The position numbers and the translations under genes were made by a program. The notes beneath the pieces are model-generated. The model saw only the letters and a list, made by a program, of their open reading frames with translations, did not search any database and was not told where the DNA came from. DNA of 64,000 nt from Eledone cirrhosa (taxonomy: Eukaryota). The first letter of the stretch is position 1. Each line of letters opens with the position of its first letter. The DNA is taken from the NCBI GenBank assembly GCA_964016885.1, contig OZ024742.1:156736001-156800000 (forward strand), read 5' to 3'. Positions 13,473-27,179 of the stretch are shown in pieces.

Positions 13473-14586
13473 AATATATAAACAACCATCTGGTTGTGGA
13501 ACCAACCAACCAACCGGAAATTTATAAATTCCTAAATTTATAAATGTATTATAATAAATTGAAGTGAAAGCGTCTGGTGCGTGTGTTTCTTATTGGCAAC
13601 ATGACCCTCTCAAAGTATAAGAATATATTTTCTAAGTTTTGAAATATACCTACTGCATTTCTATATCCATGATTCAAATATAGAGCAAATATCCAAACTA
13701 TAAATTATTATAGACCTTATTTTGAACCCTGAATTATCCATGCATTTATTATTGTTTTTTCTTATATATATATATATGTATTTAACTGTAACACGTCGAC
13801 TTTTATTATATAAAATGTTATTTTGAACTATGAATAATTAATGCATTTACACCCAGTTATATATGGGTATATATTTAACTTTAGCATGCCTCAATCTATT
13901 ATTTTATTTTTATTTTCGTAATCATTTACCTAAAATATACTGGCTCATTAATATATATCTATATACACAATCGTTATATAAATATTTCTAACAATAAGTA
14001 CTTGATAAGCTTTACATACCGATTATGTTGACATTGATTATCTTCGTTAAAGTTTACATTTAGGAAAATATTCAACAGTGCAAACTTTCCTTTTCGTTGG
14101 CCAGCTACATCCTTTAAATGTTATCCCCAGAACATTCAGAAGTTTAGAAATGTTAACACACTTATAGAATTTACAAAACTAATAAATATAAATAACCAGC
14201 TATTTTTAAAAAAATCCTAAAATCTTGATTCTTCACCCTAAAATTGCATAAATTACATATTTTCAAACTTAACCGTTTAACTTTCGGAAAAAATCTCCTT
14301 CTGCATATATTACCCCCTCTTATCTTTCCCTCTCTACAAATCTATTTCAGTGGCTCTCATTGACTGTTATAATTCATGAGATGTTTTCCTAAATAAACAT
14401 AACTTGTAGTATACACTTTAAAATCTCTATAGTTGTCACATTAACCAACGTTTTCCTTACACACACTTTCTCTATTGGATTTATTACGTTTTCGCATTTT
14501 CTCATTATTAGGGTATAAATGTTAAATGTTAATCACTACCTTGATCAAATCTTAACCATTTAACATCTCAGGGTATGTCATGTATC

Positions 14587-14649
14587 ATTATATTTTGTCT
14601 ATTGAGGACGTACTGTTGTACATCCGAAATATGTATAATAAAATGTAAT
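14587..14649 (+). ncRNA. Hammerhead copy with mutated core (CTATTGA), right arm of (ii)
   Basis: Inverted counterpart of 10186-10248; stems intact, core altered. Confidence 0.55.
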
Positions 14650-17039
14650 TGATCAAAAGAACATCTACTTTATTAATATTTGTATTTTAATATTAATAAC
14701 TCTGGAAAATCATTTTTGTAGAGTGCTTTCAATCTACTGTAAACTCATCCTTTGATATACTCATTAAATTTTGTTTAACTCTGTAATATATATATATATA
14801 TATATATATAATTGGATATAAAAGAAAGACGAACACAGATATATACATCTATGTGTTCAAATTGTAAGGGACCAGATTCGCTAAGGTGAAAAGGATACTT
14901 ACTATATACAATAGCGTTTGCCTGATTCAATTTAAGAATAAATCAAGAAAGTAAATACAAACCCGAATTGTGGTAACTACCAATCACACAGAAAGCTTTT
15001 GGTACTGTTGTTTCGCAAAATTAATTGTGAATTCGGAATGCCAATTCTTGGTCATCAGTGGGTGTAGAATTAGTATCCTAGACACATCTAAGTATATTAA
15101 GAAACTGAATAGTGTGCTTATATATAACAACGCACATGGTATCTGAACTTAGCGCGTCTCACAAACTTACACCACTAAAAATAGCAGCCATGTTTATTCG
15201 ACATTTGAATTAACTCAACAAATTAACAGGAGCCGAATATATCAATGGTCGAATAAAATTGGATGCTATTTTTACATTTTATATTCCAGATCTAAACTGA
15301 GCCACCTGACATCATAAACATCCTCCTAGTCAGGATGCTATTGCTAGTCTCTAAAATATCCAAATTGCGACTCTTTTTTACGACTACATGTTATGGTTCC
15401 GATAATATCCCAATAATGATTTGCTCTCGAATATAGGTATTTTACATAAAAATACTTTTCAAGAATTAATCCTCATGGGGCAATACATAGACGATGCCAT
15501 GAGGGATTTTAGCTAAATATGCTGGCATGATCAATGTCACCGGATGCTAATATGTTAGGGAAATGGCGAACATTTCGCAAATCAATAATGCCTAATTATT
15601 TGAAGTGGTTCTAGGAATTGTAGCCATGAAAATAAGCTTATTTATTCAGATATTCAGATATATAATATTGGAAATTAATAATCCGAACAAGATATGAACT
15701 ATTAACTAAGTCATATTTTCAATTATATGAACGGAATTGAGAATATATATATTCATTGAAAATGACATGAAATGCATGAATCCCATCTATAATGTTCAAA
15801 GATTTGTAATAATTGATTTGTTAATCGTGTAATTTAAATAAAAACACAAATTCTTTAGACATAACATTTTTATTTTAAATCTAAGCTTTTAATAAGTGGG
15901 TCATGGATACATTTGACGAAACACAATACGCAAACGAACGATATTAGAAGTAATATAGTTGGTAGTTCATGAAGCAATTATCCAGATCAGTTATGATACT
16001 CTGCAATTCCTTGCATTGTTAAGCATTCAATGTATACAATCTTCAGAGACGTACATTTCTCATAATATATATTATTAGACCTAGATAGAATTACGACCAA
16101 ATTTATTCCTCATCGAGTAAATTGCAACTAATATTAGCTTGAATCGGTAAACCGATTTCCTCGAACTTTGCAGCACATATTAGTTAATCCCCTCCCATCG
16201 ACGTGACAAAAACAAATTCCGATTCCATTAATGGTTTCTAGGAAATTTACGAATTAGCATGGGCCATACATGCCATTTTCATTTTCAATATAAACGCTAC
16301 TTAAACATCGTAAGTAGCGTATGATATTTCGCTAAAAATTTAATTTATTTAACAGAAGACACAACACTTACTTTTAAGCAGGACCATTTTCGGTGGATTG
16401 AGGAAATGAGTAGGAACCATACATTTTTTGTCGGGGCCCAGTTGACGCTTCGGGCTTTCATCCGCAAATGCGCAAATCCGGGCCCTGTGTATGTTGTCGC
16501 GTTATTGACACCGTAAATCTTACGATAGGCTACTTCTACTAAGACCACTTTTGATGCACCTACACCGCAATATGAACGCCCTGCGTGAGTAGCCGAACAG
16601 GGGTTGTGCTAATTCCGCGGTGACCCCTTGTGTCGCACTTTTGTTGCTGTGTCAACGCAGTGCAACTAGTGCCGTCCAGCGTTTGTGCTAATTACACTAT
16701 GCCCCCCCCCCCCCCCTTCTGCTGCAGCTGCGTTGCCACGCTAATTTCATCATCTTAATATCCCTACTTAAACGTACTTCCCTACATGGTTTTCACACAA
16801 TTGACTACGTCGCTCCTTTAGACTGACCTGTGTTCATGAACAGGCATACATCGTGCCACAACTCCTACTTACTCCTTTCGCATACAGGATTTCCGCCATC
16901 AGCCCACTGACACTGCTACTACTGGATTCGACCTGCTGGTGTTCTACGTTTCCAGTAGACGAACAATCATTCCCTGAGAATAAGAGAATTCAAAATGTAC
17001 ACATTCCTCAATCTTTGCATATGCGTGTTTTCACGTTTC

Positions 17040-17071
17040 CTACCTAGTGCAACACCGGTTCCTGCTGCTAG
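17040..17071 (+). mobile_element. Probable Helitron 3' terminus; the body may extend upstream to about 16.2 kb
   Basis: CCTAGTGCAACACCGG...CTGCTAG|T resembles the ends at 2420 and 6061; 5' end not located. Confidence 0.45.
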
Positions 17072-18118
17072 TAATAAATACAATGAGTACTATAAACAAT
17101 GGAACAATGATGTTAATGGCCTACAAAAAGCAGTTAAGTTTGGAAATATGGAAATATGAATAATATTTAGTTCTTAAAACTTGTTTCATTTCAACTATGT
17201 CGAAAAGCACGTACTTGGGGAAGAATATAATTTCAAGTTCCACTTAAATTTTCCAAAACGTATTGTTGGTATGGAATTTGACTGATCCTACATATCTTCG
17301 TTTAAGAGGTAAGACTTCTAGTAAGCATAATGGTATTTGTATTTCCATATATATATATACATATGTTTTTGTGTGTGTGTGTGTGACTCATCGTGCATTT
17401 TATAATATATATGTTACTAGTAGTAGTAGTAGTTGGAGAAGGAGGAAGAGAAAAGGAAGATCAGAAACGATCAGCAGCATCAGCATCAGTAGTTGTTGTC
17501 GTTGTCTGAAATGACAATATCCACGAAGCAAAACGAGAGATTTTGGCTCATATCCAAACCCAAAACGCTCGTGAATCGCAATCATCATGTGGCTTTCATT
17601 CTATTGAACAATATTATGGGAGCGGGTGATTGCAGTAAAGTATTTTGCTACATAAGTCTGGCAAAAGAGAATTTAGATAAAAATGTCATGTTTTGGGAGA
17701 AAAACGCATCAGATCTCAATTAAAATTATCGAATCGGAAAGTTTCTTTAAATATATTGATTTATATTTGCTGCAAACCTAGCCGTTTTTATTTATCCGTC
17801 GAGATATTCTTCATTGATTCCAACTGAGATATTAACTATTTAGTGTCCATATCTCGCCGCAGTAAATAAATCACAATACCGTTTAATTTATTATGCAAGC
17901 ACCATTTATAATGTAAAAATATCTTCCTGTCTGACTACCAGACACTCATTCTTCAGACATTCTTGTTTCTGCATTTCTATCACATTCTTCAAAGGTGTGA
18001 ATACACAGATACACATACATAACATAGACATAGATAGATACATACACACACAAATACACACACACACACAGATACACACACACATATATACACACACATG
18101 CACACACACATATGTATT

Positions 18119-18150
<32 letters not shown>

Positions 18151-18157
18151 TATATAT

Positions 18158-18158
<1 letters not shown>

Positions 18159-18218
<60 letters not shown>

Positions 18219-18226
18219 TAATAATA
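18159..18226 (+). repeat. (TAA)n microsatellite at the left edge of the retrotransposon cluster
   Basis: Direct read. Confidence 0.95.
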
Positions 18227-19235
18227 GGGAAGAAGACGCACGAGGTGACGGAGGTCATGAAATCGCTCCCGTAAGTTTTGAATTTTTAACATATTTAAAT
18301 CATTTGTGAAATAACAACTCTTAGTACAAATGCTACGTAAAGCACCCGGCTTGAGCCCCAAAAAATTCGGACCCAAAATATATTGTTATAAGGCTCAAAT
18401 ATTCAAATATTCAACTTTGTATTGTACACTGTATATCCCAAAAAAAAAATGGCTATAAATAGAAGAAGAAGAACCCCCCCCCCCCTCCTCGCCTCTGGCT
18501 ACACTATATAGGACAGCTAAACTCACCAACACCAGAAACTAGATACACCACCCACCCCATCATCTGTGTACACTAAACACAACAGCATTTTCACCTTCAC
18601 CTTCACCGCTCACTACGGCCATCATTACCACCACTATCCCATCACCGCCGCCACCAACCCTTGACTCCTTCACTGCTGCTGCCACCGCTACAGCACCATC
18701 ACTACAGTAATACGGTCGCATCACCGCCACCACTGCCTCGGTATCGACATCACCACCACCACTGTCTCAGTATCGCCAACGCCGCCCTCTCCCACTTCTC
18801 CCTGCTGGCTGCTACTACTACTTCCACATTATAGAATCCCTACTACTAACAAAGAGGAAGGCATCACAAAATATATAGATAGACTCAAAAGAAAAAAGAA
18901 AAAAACAAACAACAAAACCAAAGCAGCACAGCAACAACAGCAAAAAACGAGAAAAACAAACAGAGAAAAACAAAAACAAAAAAAGAAACCCCCAAAACGT
19001 AAAGAAAATAAGAATGAAGAGGGAAGCAGGCGGACGGACAGAGAAGAGGGGGGAAAAAGTAAAACTTAAAAAACAAAAACTAAGTCAGACATTCGAATAC
19101 TACATTACAATGAAACTTATGCTTATCCATTTTTGGGGCCCTTTCTGCCCGTGTGTTTGTTTGTTTATGTGTGTTCGTATACAGCGTGGTGATAATACCA
19201 CACAAGGGCCAAGTGGGATGGCGGATCCACAGATG

Positions 19236-22200
19236 GCTATGTAAACATACATTCGCCAATCCTCGATAAGAGTGTTTAAATATCGAACATAAACAGTTCG
19301 AATAACGGTGAAATGGAGACTAGAACGTCATGTGACAGACTCTCACCCAACAGGTGCCCCCTGGCTCAGCAGCAGGAACCTGACTGTCAACCAAATACTG
19401 CTGATGTTGGAGGAAGAAGAAGAAGGAAAGGGGCCAGAACCAACTGGACGAAAGAATTGAATAGAACTGTTATGCAATGCTACCTGAAAAGTAACCCCAA
19501 GGAGAGGGGCTACAGGAGACGGATGCATAACATCTGGAAAGAGATTGGTTTATTTAAATTAGATGAACAAAAATTGGCCTGGCAGGCTCGGGTAATAAGA
19601 ACTAATGGGTGGATAAGCGAGCTGGAACTGGAGGAACTGAGCAGAGAGAATGGCTTGGAGATGGCGGGTGTAGTATGCCAGACAAGCGAGCCGGTGGGAA
19701 ATGAAGGTGAGGAGGTCCTGAGAACGGAGGAACCACCCGAAGCAGACAATGATCTGAATACTGAGATAAATAATACCTGGAACAGAGATACGGCCACTGA
19801 GGAGATGAATGCTGACGGGCTAGGACAAGATTCGGTTGACATCCTAAATCTAGTGGTAGATGAATTGAACAATGATAGTGGGAGACCTATGAACCTAAGA
19901 TTTGTAGACAGGAAAAAGTTAAAAGAAACAACAGCTAAGGTAAACAAAGTCATCCCATACCTTGAGGCGAGGAGTCTTCACCAGTGCAACAATATCCTCA
20001 AAGCAACAGCAAATACGGTGAGGAAACTACTTGGTATAAAAGCGATAGGAAACAAAAGACAAGAAAGAGCAGAGCCGTGGTGGAAGAAGCGACTGAGTGG
20101 GCAAATCGGGGAAATGAGAAATGACATAGGAAAGCTTGAGTCACTACTGAATGGGACACTAAAAAACATAGGCACTAAAAATAGACTGGAAATAAAATAC
20201 AAAACTAGGAGTAAAAAGCTAAATATTATCATAGAGGAATTGAAGCAACGCATTGTAGCAAAGAGTGCCAAAATCAGGCGATACGAGAACAGAGTCAGTC
20301 AGTATAAACAGAACCGCATGTTCGACAACAAACAGAAGATGCTGTTTGGACAGCTTGAGGGGAAAGAAAGAGGCAACGACTTGATCCCTGGGGCGGAACA
20401 AGCTAAAACATTCTGGAGAGGAATATGGGAGCAGGATGTTAGACACAATGCCCAGGCAGGGTGGATTGAGACAGTACAGAGGGAGATCGGTGAGAAGGCA
20501 CAACAACAGACTGATTTGAGTATCACAGTTGAAACTCTTAAGGGGCAAGCCAAAAAACTAACTGGAAATCACCAGGCCCAGATGGTGTGCAGGGGTATTG
20601 GATTAAACATTTAACATCCCTCCACCCGAAGCTGACGGCCATTTTCAATGACTGCTTGGTGTCGGGTGAGGTGCCAGAGTGGTTGACAAAAGGTACCACA
20701 GTTCTGATAATGAAAGACCGAATCAAGGGTAATGATGTTACCAACTATAGACCTATCACATGTCTGCCCGTAATGTGGAAACTGTTGACGAGCATTGTGT
20801 CTGAGGAAATCTACCATCACCTCCACACAAACAACTTGTTACCGGACGAACAGAAAGGATGCCGAAAGAAGTCACGTGGTACAAAGGACCAGTTGCTTAT
20901 TGATAAGATGGTAATGGGGAATTGCAGGAGGAGACACACTGATCTTGCCATGGGATGGATAGACTACAGAAAGGCATTTGACATGGTGCCTCATTCCTGG
21001 ATCACCAAAAGCCTGGAGGTCTTCAGGGTGGCAGATAACATCAGACAGTTGCTGGGCAGGAGTATGGGGTCCTGGGAGACAGAGTTGACATCAACTGGAG
21101 TATCCTTGGGAAGCGTGAAGATCAAGAGAGGTATCTTCCAGGGAGATAGCCTGTCCCCTCTGTTGTTTGTCCTTGCCCTGATGCCCTTGACCATTATGCT
21201 GCGAAAAGTGAGAGCAGGATACAAGTTGGGAAGGGGAGAGCTTACCATCAATCACCTCCTCTTCATGGACGATCTTAAGCTCTTCGGGAAAAGTGAGAAG
21301 GAGTTGGATGTGCTTGTTGACACTGTCCGTATTTTCAGCAGTGATATATGTATGCAGTTTGGTATTGGTAAATGTGGAGTCATTGTGATGAAGAGGGGTA
21401 GGTTGAGCAGAAGTAACGGGATCCAGATACCAACAGGTGAGATGATAAAGGAAATTGACTCTGAGGAAGGATACAAGTATTTGGGCGTTCTGGAGGCTGA
21501 TGGCATAAAGAACAAAAAAATGAAGGAATTGTTAAGAACTGAATACATTCGGAGAGTAAGGAGCGTATTGAAGTCAGATCTGAACAGCAGAAATGCCATA
21601 AGCGCAGTAAATTCCCGAGCTGTGTCTATTATTAGGTACAGTGCGGGAATTCTGAGATGGAATGTTGCTGAACAAAAAGAAATGGATAGGAAGACTAGGA
21701 AGCTATTGACTATCTACAACATGTTCCACAAGAGGAGTGATGTCGATAGACTCTACCTAAGGAGATCTGAGGGTGGAAGAGGTCTTATCAGCATAGAGGA
21801 CTGTGTTCAGATGGAGAAAAACAACCTATACAAATACGTGACCTATAGTAAGGAGCCAACGCTCAGAACTGTACTGAAGGAGGGGACAGTAGGCCAGGGG
21901 ATGTCCAAGGAGGAAATAACATCAAGGAGGAAGAGCAGCCTTAAGGGAAAATCCCTTCATAGTACCTTCTTTGAGAAAACTGAATTTAGAGATCCACAGA
22001 CATGGAACTGGCTGAGAAGAGCAGACCTCAAAAAGGCTACAGAAGGAATGCTAATGGCTGCGCAGGAGCAGGCCCTCAAAACGAAGTGGTTGAAGCACCA
22101 TATCTACAAGGAGGAGGCTAGCCCACTGTGCAGGATCTGTGGAGAGAGAGAGGAGACTGTGGCTCACATTGTGTCCGAGTGTAAACACCTAGCCCAGACT

Positions 22201-22783
22201 CACTATAAGGGCTGGAGACACGATGTGATGGGCAGGGTGATCCACTGGCACCTGTGCAAAGTAAACAATCTACCACATTCTGAGAAATGGTATGAGCATA
22301 GGCCAGATGCGGTGATGGAGAACAGTCAGGTGAAGGTGCTGTGGGATTTTAGGATAAAAAACTGGAACACAATAGACCTGACCTGGTGGTTGTGGACAAA
22401 GAAAAAAGATCGTGCTTGATTGTGGATGTGGCCTGCCCGTTCGACACGTGAGTGCAAGAGAAGGAGAGGGAGAACATTAACCGATACCAGGACCTAAAGT
22501 GGGAGGTGAAAAGGATTTGGAACTGCCATGAAGTCAAAGTGATCCCGATTGTCATAGGCGCACTGGGGACTATCTCCAAAGGTTTCCAGGGATGGTTAAA
22601 GAAAATCGGCCCCTTCACGCTTTTTGGAACGCTTCAAAAGGCATGCTTGCCTGGAACAGCAAGAACCCTCCGATACGTCCTGAATATCTGAGGCTGCAGG
22701 TAGTGGCTTGATATTCAATCCAACGGACTTTCCAGTTAACCAACATCAATGACTGAGATTCAAGGAATAACAATAATAATAAT
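19236..22783 (+). mobile_element. R4/Dong-clade RLE non-LTR retrotransposon, family A copy 1; whole ORF present, true 5' end uncertain
   Basis: Myb-like N-terminus, RT, CCHC and RLE; short 3' UTR and (TAA)n tail 22766-22783. Confidence 0.9.
19313..22691 (+). pseudogene. Dong/R4 polyprotein (Myb-RT-CCHC-RLE) with two frameshifts, near 20560 and 22356
   Basis: WTKELN...MHNIW, YRPITCL, WIDYRKAFD, GIFQGDSLSP, LFMDD, CRICGEREETVAHIVSEC; small deletions relative to copies 2 and 3. Confidence 0.9.
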
Positions 22784-25700
22784 ATGGAGGGAGTGCATGC
22801 TCAGGATGAAACTCCAAATGAAAATAATGAGATCGTAAATGATAAAGAAATGAATGAGAATGAACTTGCCAACTTGAAGGATGAAATTATGATCGAATGG
22901 ATGAAAATGAAAGAATCTGACATGGGGCAACGAGACACCCTCCCTAAGATCCAGAACTCCAAACAGAACCAAAAGATAATACACAAGACTAACATAATTC
23001 TCAAAAACATTATCATCACAAACAGACTAAACATTACTGATTTAAATCATCTCTATTATGCATCGGCTAAAGTCACCACTCACTTATGTGGAGTGAAGAT
23101 GAAAAAATAAAGGAATTCCCTCAAGAAATCTACTTGGCAAGAGAACATCAATCGCCAAATAAACCTTCTCCGATCTGACTTAGAAATGTTAACAAACTAT
23201 AAAGTAGGTGAACATGTTAAACAAACTAAACTTAGAAAATTGAAAAAAAAGTACAGTATAAAATCAACATGTGACATAGACATGATGATAGAAATAATCA
23301 AGCAAAAAGTGTCGGCCAAAGCTGCTCGTATAAGGCGCTTTGAAAAATGATCTAGATTCTATAAGGACAATAATATGTTCAAAAACAACCAAAGAAACTT
23401 CTACAGAAAAATTGGTAAGTCAACAATAACTGCTAAATCAATACCACCCAAGGAGGAAGTGCAAGAATTCTGGGAAAAGATATGGGCCGAAGAAAAAGTT
23501 CATAACATACATGCATAGACAGAAAAATGAAAGATACAGCTCACCTTGAGGAACAAACATGGGAAAATATAACAGTTGAACAGTTGCGCTTGGCTCTAAG
23601 AAAAACTAGCAAATGGAAATCCCAGGAAAAGACAAAATACAAAACTTTTGGATAAATGCCTTCACAGAGTCTCATGAGCTGTTAGCCCAACTTTACAATG
23701 AAATAGTTAAGGAGCCAGAAAAGATACCATCATGGCTAGTTAACGGCATTACATTCCTGCTTCCGAAGAATGATGAGACAAACAATCCCAAACATTACAG
23801 ACCGATAACTTGCTTGACCACAATGTATAAAATTTTAACATCAGTCCTAGCTGAATACACATATGACTACCTGATAACAAATGACCTATTTCTCATTGAG
23901 GAGAAAGGGTGTAAACGAGGCTCATATGGCTGTAAGGATCAGCTTCTGGTTAACAAAATGATACTGGAAGATTGTCATAATAGACACAGAAATCTATCGA
24001 TTACTTGGATAGATTATAAAAAAGCATTCGATAGTTTGCCACACAGTTGGATTGAAAAATGTTTAAAGATTTTCAAAATATCCCCCGTTGTCGGGAGGTT
24101 TTTGTCATTCAGTATGAAGACATGGAAAACGACACTCCTTTTGAATAGTGAAACAAAATCACTGGAAGCTGGAGAAGTTAATATTAATTGTGGAATGTTT
24201 CAGGGTGACTCTTTATCACCGCTTTTATTCTGCATCGCACTTATACCATTAAGTAAAATGCTCAATGAAACAAAACATGTATATAAAGTCTATGACAAAA
24301 CCATTAATCACCTGTTCTTCATGGATGACCTGAAACTATTTGCAAAAAATGATGAACAATTGCAAGGGCTATTATCCACTGTGAAGCAGTTCAGTGATGA
24401 CATCAAAATGGAGTTTGGACTAGATAAATGCGCCAAAGCAACGTTCACCAGAGGAAAGCTGCTGAAGAGTTCAGACATTAATCTTGATCGGGGGAACGTG
24501 ATAAGAGAACTTGATCAAGAAAGAACTTACAAATATCTAGGTGTTTGTGAAGGAGACGGAATCAAGCACTCGACAATGAGGGAAAGGATAAGGAAGGAAT
24601 GTTACCGCAGAGTAAGAGCAATCTTAAGAACGGAATTGAATGCAAGGAATAGGATCGATGCCATAAACACGCTTGCCATACCAGTAGTAACCTACAGTTA
24701 CAATGTCATCAACTGGTCAAGCACAGAGATCCGTAGGCTCGATACAAAAATTCGAAAATTCTTAACCATGCTCAGAATCCATCACCCTAAGGCAGATATA
24801 GATAGAATATATCTCCCTAGGAAAGAAGGAGGACGTGGGTTAATCCAGTTAGACATTGCGTTGAAAACTGCAACAATTGGATTATCTACATATCTAAGGG
24901 AATCACATGATTGGATGATCAAACTCGTTTTGAAACACGAAAGCATCAAAAGATCATATTCCATTACAAAAGATGCACAAAGATAAAGTAATGGACTACA
25001 AATTTCAGAAGTCCCATTTACTGCTGAAATGGAAAACACAGAAAAAGCAAAGAAGGTAAAAGTAACTGCAAAGAAAGAACTGCTAGAGAAACTGGCTAAG
25101 AAATGGCAAGAAAAGCCTCTGTATGGAAAATACCCAGAGCGAGCTAACAATCCTGATGTTGACAAAACTTTAACCCATCAGTGGTTGGCATCCTCTGGAC
25201 TGAAATCGGAGACTGAAGGACTGATTATATCGGCACAAGATCAGTGTCTGCCAACAAAAAATTACCAAGCCAACATAATAAAAAATGTATGCAGCCCATT
25301 ATGCCGTGTATGCAAAAAACAACCAGAGACCATTGACCATATAATTTCAATGTGCAGTCCTATAGCTCCAACCGAATACCTAAACAGGCATGACAGAGCT
25401 GCACAATACATACATTGGATAATGTGTAAGCATTTTGACCTGCCCCATCAAAAGAATTGGTGGGAGCATCAACCACCTCCCATACTTGAAAAAGATCACA
25501 TCACAATCTTGTGGAACTTTAGCATCCAAACAGACCGAAAAATAGATGCAAATAGACCTGATATAATATTGAAGGACTTTCAAAAGAGTTTATGCCTGCT
25601 AATTGATATGTCTGTTCCAATAGACAAGAATGTATCTATAAAAACATTTGAAAAATTGAGCAAGTATAAGGACCTGGAGATAGAAATTGGAAAAATGTAG

Positions 25701-26034
25701 AAATTGAGAACTAAAACAATACCAGTGATTGTAGGCGCTCTGGGAATGATACCTAAGGGGTCTAATGATTACTCATCGCAAATCCCAGGAAACCCGCGTA
25801 TAGGAGAAATACAAAAGATAGTACTAATGGGAACTGCCCATATACTAAGGAAGATTCTCTCAATATAAGTACATCACAAGTCTAAACACTAAATATGCAT
25901 GTGTGAATATGTATGTTCTTTCTTGAACATGGCGGACCTTGTTGTCTCTTGAGGTCACTGGTTGTGACTTGGTGATAACTCGTATGAACATAAAGCAAGA
26001 TAAATGTAACTATAATAATAATAATAATAATAAT
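22784..26034 (+). mobile_element. R4/Dong-clade RLE element, family B, 5'-truncated and decayed
   Basis: YRPITCL, FQGDSLSP, FFMDD, CRVCKKQPETIDHIISMC, NRPDII, IDMSVP, EKLSKY; starts right after the copy 1 tail and ends in (TAA)n 26011-26034. Confidence 0.9.
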
Positions 26035-26915
26035 GTTTTAGTTTTAACAAAATGTTTAATTCCAATATTATGGGTAAATGTCAGCACATACACGCGACTA
26101 ACGATAATTTCAGTAAAGATAATTTCACCACCAATACCACCACCACTATCACGTTGAAAACTCTGGTCAAGTCGACTCAAATTTCTACTCCAACTTCAAC
26201 ACCATCACTACAGTAATACGACCACATCACCACCACCGCTGCCTCACTATCGCTACCGCCGCTATTCTCTCCCACTACCTCCTGCTAGTTGCTGCTAGCA
26301 CAGCACCGCCACCGCCGCCGCTGCCTCAATATCACTACCGCCGCTATTCTCTCCCGCTACCCCCTGCTACATTGTAGAATTCTCACTAAAAGAGGAAAAC
26401 ATCGAAATATATAAATAGACTGAATTGATGACCCGATCAAAACAAAAATTAAAAAAAAACAATAATCAAAATCAAGTTTTAGTTTTAACAAAAAGTTTAA
26501 ATCCAATATTATGGGTAAATGTCAACGCATATACGCGACTAACGATAATTTCACTAAAGATAATTTCACCACCAATACCACATCCACTACCACGATGAAA
26601 ACTCTGGTCAAGTCGACTCAAATTTCTACTCCAACTTCAACACCATCACTACAGTAATACGACCACATCACCACCACCACCGCTTCCTCACTATCGCTAC
26701 CGCCGCTATTCTCTCCCACTACCTCCTGCTAGTTGCTGCTAGCACAGCACCGCCACCACCCCCGCCGCCTCTGCCTCAGTATCACTACCGCCGCTATTCT
26801 CTCTCGCTATCCGCTGCTACATTGTAGAATTCCCACTAAAAGAGGAAAACATCAAAATATACAAATAGACTTAATTGATGACCCGGTCAAAATCAAAAAA
26901 AAAAATCAAAATCAA
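26035..26915 (+). repeat. Tandem duplication of about 441 bp, partly homologous to 18690-18890
   Basis: GTTTTAGTTTTAACAAAA at 26035 and 26476, with colinear sequence following each. Confidence 0.85.
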
Positions 26916-27100
26916 AATCAAAGCAGCACAGAAACAACGAAAAACGTAAAGGAAATAAAACTGAAGAGAAAAACAAACGGACGGACAGAGAAGGGAAGGG
27001 AAAACAAAGTCAGACATTCAAACACTACATTACAATGAAACTTATGCTTATTCATTTTGGGGGTTTTTTCTGCCTGTTTGTTTGTTTGTTTGGGTTCGTC

Positions 27101-27179
27101 TACAGCGTGATGAGGCCACACAAAAGTCACGTGTAGTGACGAAACCACCGGAGACAAGTAATTCACCGGTGGTTATGTA
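27101..27179 (+). ncRNA. Candidate hammerhead-like fold upstream of the Dong ORF
   Basis: TACAg cgTGATGA ... GTCAC gtgta GTGAC GAAA CCACCGG (14-nt loop) CCGGTGG TT aTGTA; non-canonical core. Confidence 0.4.

Larger units (their letters stand above)
12570..13623. mobile_element. Fold-back Penelope-like insertion (iii) nested in (ii), 12-bp TSD
   Basis: Near-perfect palindrome 12627-13626 centred about 13131; unique tail 12570-12626; TATATTTTCTAA at 12558-12569 and 13624-13635; centre encodes a GIY-YIG-type C-terminus RQIIEAININELQPKLN. Confidence 0.85.
10143..14787. mobile_element. Fold-back Penelope-like (Neptune-type) insertion (ii) in (TA)n
   Basis: Left arm 10143-11553 is inverted against 12324-12569 plus 13624-14693; GIY-YIG fragment in the spacer; unique tail about 14693-14787; (TA)n on both flanks. 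Confidence 0.85.

Noticed and set aside
15003-15058. CTGATGA...GAAAC...GTA on the - strand
   Set aside because: Core words are present but stem I does not pair; at best a decayed hammerhead.
15177-15272. Imperfect 30-bp inverted repeat
   Set aside because: Too degenerate to assign; no TSD or ribozyme recognised.
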